NCBI GenBank assembly: GCA_028023455.1 | Contig: JAQFVV010000006.1 | Coordinates: forward strand, 744,001-808,000 | Origin: Epiperipatus broadwayi | Lineage: Eukaryota; Animalia; Onychophora | Direction of reading: 5' to 3' | Length of the DNA stretch: 64,000 bases | Part shown: positions 54,001-63,904 of the stretch, piece by piece | Position numbering within the stretch: the first letter of the stretch is position 1 | Layout: each line of letters begins with the position of its first letter | The notes under the pieces: model-generated | Databases searched by the model: none | What the model was told of the DNA's origin: nothing | Seen by the model: only the letters and a program-made list of their open reading frames with translations | Translations under genes and position numbers: made by a program

Positions 54001-54406
54001 CTGTATTCGTTTTAAATAAATCAAGCATTAACAAACAAAATGAATGAAACTTTATATTAGCGGTGATCTTCGTTTATAAATTAATCAAACCAGCTTATGG
54101 TTTCAACAATTAATTTCAATTAATACTAATAATTTTCATCACATGTAAATGATTTTTACTACTGATCAAATATGTAACATTTAGAAGTTTATGGAACAAC
54201 TGTCTGAATACAAAAATGGTTATATAAAACCTGCGTGTAATTTGCTGTAATGACGTATTCGTCATATTACAGATTCACTGAATTATTAAAATTACAAATT
54301 TGAGTTATAAATATTAATAAATAAATTTAAAACATATTAGGAGAATTGAAGGCCTTAAATAATTTTCACTTGAAGAACTAAAAGTAGCCTAATGAAAAGA
54401 AACACA

Positions 54407-54718
54407 TAGTGGAAAAACTCTCCATACAGTAGCATCACTCAATGCAGGTCAGAGTAATCATTAGATGCAGGAATGTTTGAGCATAAAATTGCTATCTAGT
54501 GCCTACTCATCCAATATCCCCAGTCTAGTTTCCAGCTTGTGGATTTCATCAGGGAGGAGATCTGAAAGCACTGCACCTAGATCTTAAGATCTAATGCAAC
54601 ACTCCAGCAGCCATCTTTTATCTTATTAGCCAACTATAAAGCTGAACGGCACTACTGTATAAAGAGTTTTCCCTCTGTGTAAACAGCTTGTGTAAGCAAA
54701 AAGAATGGATATCATGTG
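54407..54718. mobile_element. Family A copy A6 with 15-bp TSD
   Basis: TSD atgaaaagaaacaca at 54392-54406 and 54719-54733. HHR relic on - (CUGAUGA..GAAA CUAG AC; U16.1 mutated). Confidence 0.85.
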
Positions 54719-55620
54719 ATGAAAAGAAACACAACTGAGAAGAAATATGAAAAATAGTAAAATAATATAAATCAATAATGAATAAAAATATTGAATTACA
54801 TAATATAATAAATTTAAAGTTTTATTACAAATGATTCAATTTTGTCTTTATTTAGTTTTAGGGTATAAGGAAAGATTAAAATAACAAGCATTACATGAGC
54901 TAGTAATCAGAGAAAGCGTAAACAGTAAAGTTGTACAATTTAGACCAGAAAAAAAAGTTATGAAAATGGAAGTATTAAAAATCGTGTATTTAATTAAAAA
55001 ATAAAAATAAATAGGTATAGGCATATCAGAAGTTATTGTTGATTTTGTATAACTCCAGTCACAAAATATGGTTATTGTACAATTAAAATTATAGCATTAA
55101 CAGATATATAATATTTAAAGTATATATGCTGGCATATAGCTGGCATATATGAAAACTGAAAAATATATATATATATACCAAAACATGTCCTACTACTATA
55201 ATTTTTTTTTTTTCAAAATTTAAAACTAATTTTTTAAGGTGATTAAAATTAAGTGAAGATAATTAATATAATGTAGAACAGTTTAGATAAAATTCATATT
55301 TATTGAGATATAAAAAAAATTATATTGTATTTTTTTAATGGTGATTTAAAATTTCTTACCATAAAAACATTTATAATATTCATAACTTCTTTGTGTATTT
55401 TGTATGCAATTAAACGTGATCAAAATTAGTGTTATAGATTAAATACTGGTAATTGTGAATGAATTTTTGTTTTTTTGTCAGATAAATATTTATTTATTTT
55501 TATAATTAATGTAAAAATTAAATGTTGATCATTTAAAAACAGAAAAGACTTTTGTAGGTTTAAAATATCTTTATTCTTCTAATTTAGCACTAAGTTCGAA
55601 TAAAGATATTTTAAACCTAC

Positions 55621-56100
55621 TGTCATATCTAACCCTGCCTTCAGAAGTGGACTATTCCAGATTCCTTGCCTGATTGGCTAGCACCCAGTTGCTTTCCAAT
55701 GGGATTAAAACCTTCACTGGGGTTTGTGCATTGAATCCGCATGTTTCCAGTAAGGTAGGGGATCTTCCTGCCTCTACACTGTTGTGCAAACAGAAGATGG
55801 TCATCATCATCATCACAACCAGCTAAACCTCAACTACACATCAGAAGCTATCAAGACAGCAGCAAATACCAGAGACAAGCTCATCAAGAGAAGAAGATGA
55901 AGACAGGAACAGCAATCAAATGGAGAAACCAAGAAAGCGGACAAACGTCGACCAGTGCATTTCAATGACTATGTTCTCCAGGGCTAATTTTAGCCAGGAG
56001 GAGGTAGGTCATATCCGACCCTGCCTTCAGAAGTGGACTATTCCAGATTCCTTGCCTGATTGGATAGCACCCAGTTGCTTTCCAATGGGATTAAAACCTT
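55621..56100 (+). mobile_element. Internally deleted gypsy fragment: ~100-bp repeat, integrase C-terminus, PPT, repeat
   Basis: tgtcatatc..aaaaccttcactggg at 55621-55721 and 56005-56107; KRRPVHFNDYVL* (integrase tail); aggaggagg PPT at ~55996-56004. Confidence 0.7.
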
Positions 56101-56102
56101 CA

Positions 56103-56145
56103 CTGGGATTTTCCTGCACAGGTTCGAATCCTGTTGACAGCGCCA
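56103..56145 (+). other. 3' half of a mature class II tRNA (tRNA-Ser-like) including CCA; reads as an extended PBS on -
   Basis: Long variable arm tgggattttcctg, T-arm ACAGG-TTCGAAT-CCTGT, acceptor strand TGACAGC, discriminator G and CCA. The 5' half of the tRNA is absent. Confidence 0.8.
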
Positions 56146-56149
56146 AATC

Positions 56150-56593
56150 TGTTGTGTTTGGTTAGGCTTGCAGGTTCATTTCCAAACCAACAGATACAAA
56201 AAGAACAACTATTCAGCAATTAGTATGTAAAATTTATTAGTACAAAATGTATACACACGTTAGTTAAACAAATGAACAAATACAGTTGATAGACTTCACT
56301 GCTGAGATAGTTGTGCAGAGTAAGGAACTCACTTTCAGCTAATGATTAGCCTGCTTCGTGAGTTCTAGTAAGACTCTTCCAGCTATGTAGTTAGCTTGCC
56401 TCGAGTTGGCTCTTGTTCAGACATAGCAGTTTCCAGTTCGTAGATGGACTTGCATCACTGTGTGGACATCTCAAGAATGACTAGATAAATACCTTTGCTG
56501 ATAGCAGAAGGTTTAATGGAGAGCATGTTCTGTTGTTCAGGTTAACAGAAGTAATTGCTCTCTGCCTTGCCTCCAAAAGGCTGACTATCTACG
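56150..56593 (-). mobile_element. LTR-like segment (minus orientation) adjacent to the tRNA-derived PBS
   Basis: On - it begins (C)GTAGATAG, has aataaa near its end, ends ..CACAACA and is followed after gatt by TGGCGCTGTCAACAGG. Confidence 0.6.
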
Positions 56594-56942
56594 AAAACCT
56601 TTTCTGTTTTTAAATGGTCAAACATTTATTAATTTATTACAATTAATGATGAAAAAAAGTAAACGTATTTATAGATTATTAATGTATGTAAAATCAACTT
56701 CAATTTTTATGAAATTAAAATTGCCTAAATATATATATAAATAATTTTAATTAAATTACTTTTTTTGTATTTTATTTATTATTTAAATAGTCTTAATCCA
56801 AGAACTAATAAAAAAACAAATACGTTATTGCACACATTAAACAAATGACTTCTTTTTCAATAAGCACAAATTGTCACATGGGGGCATGTGAGAGGCAGAG
56901 TAAGTATATAAAAAATCAAAACCACCACTTTGAAGTCCATAC

Positions 56943-57024
56943 TTATTTAAATTTTCTTCATTTGCAACTGCAAGTGAACCAGTTGAAGGTGAAATCCAAT
57001 TTCTAATTTCAAGTGTTTGAAGAC
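56943..57024 (-). CDS. Candidate internal exon ((G)LQTLEIRNWISPSTGSLAVANEENLN)
   Basis: ttatttctcag|..AATAA|gtatgg; open frame with protein-like composition. Confidence 0.4.
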
Positions 57025-57234
57025 CTGAGAAATAACATTTTCCAAAAAAGATAAGATGTCTGTAAGTTGTCATTAAGCATCACATGATCACTATCTCTTA
57101 TACTAACACATAATTGTTTATAAACAAAGCAAAACTCTCCATACAGTAGTGCCACCCTGTGCCAATCAGAGTAATCAATGAATGCCAGAAGGCTTGTGCA
57201 TAAAAACCCTATCTAATGCCTACTCATCCAATAT

Positions 57235-57274
57235 CCCCAGACTAGTTTCTGACTTGTGGCCATCGTCAGTGAGA
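57235..57274 (-). ncRNA. Intact minimal type I hammerhead ribozyme (family A)
   Basis: UCUCA CUGACGA UGGC CACAA GUCA GAAA CUAG UC|UGGGG. Confidence 0.82.
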
Positions 57275-57313
57275 GATCCTAAGATCTAGGTGCAGTGTTC
57301 CCAGATCCAAAGC

Positions 57314-57355
57314 TCCTCATTGACGATGGCCACAAGCCAGAAACTAGTCTGGGGA
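57314..57355 (+). ncRNA. Family A hammerhead with C3U substitution
   Basis: UCCUCA UUGACGA UGGC CACAA GCCA GAAA CUAG UC|UGGGGA; stem I extends via AUCCAA/UUGGAU. Confidence 0.7.
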
Positions 57356-58124
57356 TATTGGATGAGTAGGCATTAGATCAGGATTTTATGCACAAGTCTT
57401 CTGGCATTCAATGATTACTCTGGTTGGCACAGGGTGGCACTATTGTATGGAGAGTTTTGCTTTGTTTAAGTTGTCATTATTAGTTTCAATTGTAGTTATG
57501 GTAAAAAATTTTAACAATCATTAGATTTATAAAATGGTCTGCTAAGTGCCAACTTAGTTGAGTTATCATCACTGTCTGAAAAGATAGCAATTGGGAAAGA
57601 ATGGATGTAGAGCTGTAAATTACTGGGTTGACAGCCCGGTTGAAAGCCAAAGAACTGTGAAAAAATGAAAGGCAATCAATTCTGGATTAATATAGTGTTT
57701 GTAAAAAAAAAAAATCAACAAAACTATCGATAGAGAAAAACACCCAACTAAAGAAAACCCAAGAGATGGAAGAGAAACTTTATAATTATTTTGATGTGCA
57801 AAGAAGATACTTATTTTGAGTACTGTCAAAAGTATATAATTAGACGATGCATGGTAAAAGAATGTTAAAACAAAACTAAACAAAGATGAAACTCTAAGTG
57901 ATAATTTTAATATGGGTACATGGAAATTTGATAAAGCCTTAACTTCCATTGTATTCTAATTAATTCAAATATTTTCCAGCATTTAATTAATAATAATTAA
58001 TTAATTTGTAAACTTTGTATAATTATTAACTTTTTAACCTCTCTCTTTTGAAGATTTGGACAAAGTTGCATTCTTATTTACATAATATGTTTTTATAAAA
58101 TGTTTATATATATATATATATTAT

Positions 58125-58645
58125 GCAATATTCTATTAAATAATGTTAAAAAGGACTAAATTTTGTTTAACAGTTAAATAATAAATAATTTGCTGAGCAT
58201 TGCTTTTACCTTCATAGCACTTCAACTTATCGGTCAAACTGGTGTTAATATTGAAGAAAACAGACTTTAATATTTGCTGGTTAATATGTAAATACATAAT
58301 TTACATATTCCCCTTCCAGAATAAGGCTATGCAAAATATCTTTTTTTGTTTATCACGTGGGTGTTATTAGCGATAAACCATGCCTCTAAAAATGAAAGGA
58401 AATTTAAAGAGGCTCGGTTTATCGCAGATGAAGTGGAATGTGTAAATTAATATTTACATATTAACCCAACAAATATTAAGGTTGTGCTTCCTTTAATATT
58501 AACATTAGTTTGGCTGATAAGTTGAAGTGCTACGATTAAGATCCCACCTTCCCGGTCGAAAGCAATGCTTAGTAAATTATTTATTATTTAATGTCAAACA
58601 AAATTTATTTTTTCTTTTAAACGTTTTAACGTTATTGATAGAGTT
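58125..58645. mobile_element. ~520-bp fold-back MITE-like element
   Basis: Arms ttaaataataaataatttgctgagcattgctttt..tagcacttcaacttatcggtcaaact / agtttggctgataagttgaagtgcta..aaagcaatgcttagtaaattatttattatttaa; inner hairpin gcgataaacc/ggtttatcgc. Confidence 0.8.
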
Positions 58646-59029
58646 ACATAGTTAAAGAAAAGAAGTAAAATCTTATAGTTACATATTACATGATACTAAA
58701 CTTCATAATTTTTATTTTAAGGATATATTTTATAAATTGTGTGTATATAATTTACAAATGACATATTGCAGTATATGCATATATCTTTGAAAAGATTAAA
58801 AAGGGTAATCAAATTAGAGATATTGCAACATACTCTAAAGAGATGATTTATGCATTTATAGATGGCCTAACCATATATAGGTATTTGAAATATTAGAAAT
58901 ACAGGCATTCTTCACATAGCTGCAGCCTAGTTGTAAATATAGGGGTTTTGGGCATTTCATCATCATATTTTCATTGGGGTGGATGGGTGAGGAATTGGAG
59001 TAGATTGAAGTCAACTGTTAAAGTATAAA

Positions 59030-59235
59030 GATTTGTTATCTCAATATAAATTGAACACTGATTATATATGTGTGTGGGAGATAATAATCTGGACCAATTG
59101 ATGAATGCTGGTTTAGCATGAAATATATGTATTGGTGATTATTTATCTTTTCTACATGTGTGTAGTCATGTGTGTCCGTGATATGAGATAGTGTGGATAG
59201 TTGACAGGTACTTGAAAGTCTGAGTTCAAATCTCT
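59030..59235 (+). mobile_element. Family C HHR-bearing repeat, copy 2
   Basis: ACCAA UUGAUGA AUGCU GGUUU AGCAU GAAA UAUAUG UA|UUGGU at 59093-59136; only C3 deviates. Confidence 0.72.
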
Positions 59236-59283
59236 TATATTTATAAAGATCTTTGAATGTATTGATAGGAAAATAAAACATGA

Positions 59284-59367
59284 CATGATCACCATCTCTT
59301 ATCTGGCATGCATTGATTACTCTGGTTGTCACAGGGTGACACTACTGTATGGAGAATTTTGCCTGTA
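59284..59367. mobile_element. Family A copy A8 (84-bp minimal remnant) with 14-bp TSD
   Basis: TSD aaaataaaacatga at 59270-59283 and 59368-59381; catgatcaccatctc joined in inversion to cattgattactctgg..actactgtatggag. Confidence 0.8.
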
Positions 59368-59458
59368 AAAATAAAACATGATTTGTATATACGTAAATTT
59401 TTTTTATTATTGTTATAATTTGTTAATTGTAAACATTTCTTATCCAATTCTCTCACAG

Positions 59459-59529
59459 TTTATTTACTCATGGGACTATAGGTCATCTAATGTATGGAAA
59501 AGAGTCAAATTGCTTCCAAATTCTTCTAG
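59459..59529 (+). CDS. Candidate exon of the + strand small-exon model ((S)LFTHGTIGHLMYGKESNCFQILL)
   Basis: ccaattctctcacag|..CTAG|gttaga; two frames are open, so the frame was chosen by phase. Confidence 0.35.
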
Positions 59530-60165
59530 GTTAGACAAATCAGTCCTCTGAATCTAAAGGTAGCACTGAAACTGTTGGAACATCTCTACTCTTAAAACAA
59601 ATTAAGCTGATATATGCTAGTTAATATTATCATTATAATCTGTTTAGGTGAATGAATAAGAATGATTTTTTGCTGGAGAAATATGCCCAGTTTATCAGTA
59701 TTACTTTATTGCAATCGGATTTTGACTAATCAAACATGTAAATTGATGATGATAAGTTGTACAGGTGGTAATCTAATTATTGACCAATATAAGGTTGGGC
59801 AAATAAAACTTTACATTGTAAGAATTTAAGCATTGATTTAGTTTAATTATCAATCATTCAATATATAATGACTGCCCAAAGTATGACATGACCATTAAAA
59901 TTAACATCATCAGCATTACTAAGCTGTTGTCCTGTTATTGATTCCAACAGGTAATATATATATATATATATATAATATTTCCAAGAACATAAATTAAAAT
60001 ATGCTAAAATATTTGTAATAAACTTGGTACATCAAACTATATACAAACATAACTTCACATCTTATTTCTTTATGTATTGATTTGATATATTTATATAATA
60101 TCATTTATACATCTTTTTAAACCACCTTTTACAATACAATCAAATAAAATATATTCCTTCATTAT

Positions 60166-60304
60166 TTCTTACAGTTTCAACTGACTAGCAGTCTTCATCA
60201 TGACTTTCTTCAAAAATAAAAACTTTTTATTAACTTGTCAATTCTTTATGCATTGATTTGTATTTTTCTTACAGTTTCGACTAACCATCAATCTTCATCA
60301 GAAC
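60166..60304 (-). ncRNA. Two tandem PLE-type hammerhead-like variants
   Basis: CUGAUGA A GAUUGA UGG UUAGUC GAAA CUG UA (60266-60304) and AUGAUGA A GACUG CUAGU CAGUU GAAA CUG UA (60166-60203). Stem II covaries between copies; stem I is weak. Confidence 0.5.
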
Positions 60305-60706
60305 TGATGGAGATTGCTGGTCAGTCAAATCCATAAATAAATTATATTTAATTGTGTTGCAAAAAGTAATTAAAGAGTGTATATAAATGGCATCATATTG
60401 ATATACAAACATATAAGTAAATAAATAGCTAATCATCCATATCAATGCAGAGTAAAAGCCAGCAAACATGTCATTACTATAAGTATTTTGTCCCAAACAT
60501 CTGGGAAATTGACATCAGTTCTTTGGTTCATTTAACATGAAGAAATGCTGTTTAGAGATGAAATGGTTGTTGTTTTTAACATGGTTATGTATGAAGGGGC
60601 CATTGTTAATGATCATGATTACCTGATATGACCTCTATTTAGAATAATTTGTCACCGATCCGTTGGACTACCCCCCACTGTGATTAACTATTAATTATAC
60701 TTTTAG

Positions 60707-60756
60707 GTACGATTTTTGCTTTAAGTTCATTGTACTATAAAATTTCTGCAGTGAAA
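60707..60756 (+). CDS. Candidate exon ((G)TIFALSSLYYKISAVK)
   Basis: ttatacttttag|..GTGAAA|gttaga; phase-compatible with its neighbours. Confidence 0.3.
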
Positions 60757-60789
60757 GTTAGATAAGCTTAAAAACAAATAGTATATTGT

Positions 60790-61660
60790 TACATTTTGAT
60801 CTACAGGTGTCAAACTTACTCCACCTATGACTTTGACACTATCTACTTTAGATAAATACAGTAATGATTATCACTAATCATTTACTAAACTAGAGATTGT
60901 CTTTAGCCCAGATATAAACCTCCTATGAAGATTAATATATCTGGATTTTTTTAAATTAAAGACACACGCAGACATGGAGTTATTCACATTTCTCTGTCCC
61001 ATGTGTAATATATTTATAAATGTATTAAACAACATCCACATCATTCAACATTCTTTTCAAATCATATGAATAAATATACAATAAAAGACAAATGATTCCC
61101 ATGATGCATTTCATGCTGAACCAACACTGTTGGCCCAGGTCACCATCTTTTATACATATTATTTTATGTTCAGTATTTATTAATAATAAATTATTACATT
61201 TTGAATTACATGTGTCAAACTTACTCCATCCACAACTTTGATAACATTCATTTTAGATAAATACTGTAATGATTAACACTAAATAATCTATTATACTAGA
61301 GATGGTCTCTAGCCCAGATATAAACTTTAAACCTTAGTTAAACACATACATGTGGTGTTATTCACCTTTCTGTTTCCCATATGTAATGCCTTTTACAAAT
61401 ATATTATCTCTAGTTTAATAAATAATTACTGATAATCATTACTATAGTTATCTGACGTGGATGGTATCAAGATTGTGGGTAGAATAAGTTGGACACATGT
61501 AAATCAACATGTAACATTTTTCTATTGATAAATACTGAACATTTGATGAAAATATGTATAAGATATGGTGACATGAGCCAACTGATGAGTGCTGGTTTAG
61601 CCCAAAATGCACTTTTGATGTCATTTGACTTTTATTGTACCTTTATTCATATGATATGCA
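60790..61660. repeat. Composite repeat: ~405-bp-period direct repeat plus inverted family C copies
   Basis: ttacattttga..gtgtcaaacttactcca..ctagagat..agcccagatataaac at 60790-60920 and 61195-61325. Family C relics at 61101-61146 (-, GAAA UGCA UC, core deleted) and 61578-61610 (+, CUGAUGA GUGCU GGUUU AGC). Confidence 0.7.
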
Positions 61661-62608
61661 GAATTAATAAAAAAAATTGATTTATGATGCAATGCAACGT
61701 TTCAAGACCTAAAACAAGTCCTTCCTTATTCAGTCTATAGACAATTTTTTTTGTAACTTTTATAATAAGATGTTTAAATATGGAATTGTAAAAAATATAT
61801 AAAAATATGACAGGTACAAAGAACTATAGGAGTTCAATCTTTTCACTCTTATATATTATACTTTTTTTTAGTTGAATTTGCATATACGTCTCTATTGAAA
61901 CCACCTCTTTTATAACTTTTGACTAAAATCACATGAATTTTGAGAAATGTTATGTAATCAGAAAGTCTGTTTTGTTTTGGTAGGAATTATTTAATATCCT
62001 AGAAATAATAAAAAAAAATTTAAGTAACTTTAGAATTTTATTTTTCATCATTTTCATAGAAACCTATAATTTAAAAGAAAGTTAATATAAAAATGAATAA
62101 AATGAGATACCTTCTCTATCATTTTCTTAAATTAGCGAGATCTAAAGTGGTCAACTTATTTAACACGCTACTTTGTTAAACCATAGCTAACTTTTCAACC
62201 TAAAACATGCATATATACAATGTTTATAAGCTCTTTTTTAAAATATTTATTTCTTATTAAAGTTGTTAAAAGTAAAATATTTTCATTATATTATTTATAG
62301 CTAAGTGTATTTGTACTTATATAAAACGTATGTATGTGAGAATATTGCCTTTTGGCATGTTGATCTTAATCTTTTTTGGGATCGAAGAAAGCACTAATTA
62401 AAAATAAAAAGAAAGACATTTTAATTTTAAAACTACTATTTATTTTCCAATTAGTAACCCATAAAAAGGTACAGCCTATCAAACATGTAATCCCGATAAT
62501 AGAAATCTAATTATGGAGTAGTAAAATCTGAATACACTCCTAAGATATAAGCTAGATCTTTGAACTATCATTTAATTGAGCTTGGAAATAATGTTCACCT
62601 TTTTTTAG

Positions 62609-62631
62609 ATCAATGTCAATCTGTTTGGAAG
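62609..62631 (+). CDS. Candidate 23-nt exon (INVNLFG)
   Basis: cacctttttttag|..GGAAG|gtaaat, strong splice sites. Confidence 0.4.
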
Positions 62632-62754
62632 GTAAATTGACTTTGACATAACTGTTTTAAAAATGAATATAATTATTGTTTTAAGTTAATAAAGGTTTTA
62701 CTTTTAAAAAAAACGTGGCTACTATTTGCAAATTTATTTAAATTATAAATTAAG

Positions 62755-62817
62755 GATCTGGCTTGTGAATCGTCTTGCTAACATTTTTGGACTTGTCTAT
62801 TTCGTGATTAGATTTAT
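62755..62817 (+). CDS. Candidate exon encoding a hydrophobic segment ((R)IWLVNRLANIFGLVYFVIRF)
   Basis: Only one frame is open; weak acceptor, donor gtaatc. Confidence 0.3.
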
Positions 62818-63091
62818 GTAATCATTAATAAAAATGGATGGTACAGTGATATTGACGGAACACGAAAAATAAAATCATTTTATTGTTTTACATTAAAATT
62901 TGTCAGAATGTCTACAAGTATAAATATGACCATTTATATTTTGTATTTCGGATATTAGTGGGGTGGGCTTTCTGACAAGTATATTTATTTATATCTGGTG
63001 TAAATTTAAATTTTACCTATAATATTTTCGTTTGACATAAAGTTTGTCTCTTTAATGCCTAATATAAAAAAAAATCATTTTCTATTTGCAG

Positions 63092-63134
63092 ATATTCTGA
63101 TAGAGAGTGGGATAATGATGTTAACAACACATGA
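63092..63134 (+). CDS. Candidate terminal exon ((I)YSDREWDNDVNNT*)
   Basis: Strong acceptor tcattttctatttgcag; phase matches 62755-62817. Confidence 0.35.
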
Positions 63135-63904
63135 AAAATGAAGTCATTTACACTGTCTTACATATATATACTATTTAAATACCAGTATATTGTCTATACT
63201 GAACTTAATGTAACTAGAAGGGATTTGAAATCAGACTTTCAAGCACCTGACAGCTTTCCATTTTCATTCTATACAACTGACATATATAATCATTGAAAAT
63301 AAATCAACACTTAAACAATTCCAATATTATTAACAATCGAGACAACCTTTTTTAATGATAAAGGTGGGATCCCACCTTTATTTATGGTCTTCCAGTATAT
63401 TTATATAGATACCAAAAATTGCAACTTGACTACAGAGATTGAAATTATTGATGCAAAAAAGTTTAAATAAGCATACTACAACAGGTAAATATAAGCTGTT
63501 CTGAATACAGACTAATAAATAGTCAATTATAACATTACAAACCGCAATTACAATTTTCAAATTGCACTCAAAACTTTTTGAGTCCTAAGCTGCCATTTTC
63601 AATTTAAAAAATTAATTACAACAAGTATAATTTAAAACATATATTCTGTTTGAATGCAGTAAATATAAAAGTATACACATTTTTAGAACCAGCAAATATG
63701 AAAGAATGTAATAAAGCTGATAAAATAATTATTACTTCAAAAAAAATTAAGAAAAAAGAGGTTCAACACTTTTAAATATCTTTATTTTTACATTGGTTCA
63801 CAAATTCTAAATTTTGAAAGTTAAATGTTAAAATGACAATTTCATAGACAACTTCATCACATGCATCTCAAAATGCTGAAAAAATGATATATAATATGTC
63901 TTAC

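Larger units (their letters stand above)
57076..57466. mobile_element. Family A copy A7 with 13-bp TSD and HHRs on both strands
   Basis: TSD taagttgtcatta at 57063-57075 and 57467-57479; near-perfect fold-back. Confidence 0.92.

Noticed and set aside
40596-57466. Family A as an ordinary MITE, or as CRISPR-like or miRNA repeats
   Set aside because: Variable inversion breakpoints and 12-15-bp TSDs contradict a MITE; there is no regular repeat-spacer array and the context is eukaryotic.
57600-57670. LAFNRAVNPVIY, resembling GPCR TM7
   Set aside because: Isolated match with no other GPCR segments; alternative frames on both strands look equally plausible.
1100-63560. Most short ORFs in the supplied track
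   Set aside because: Low-complexity products of AT-rich DNA or antisense frames of retroelements; only those matching RT, integrase or GIY-YIG motifs were used.
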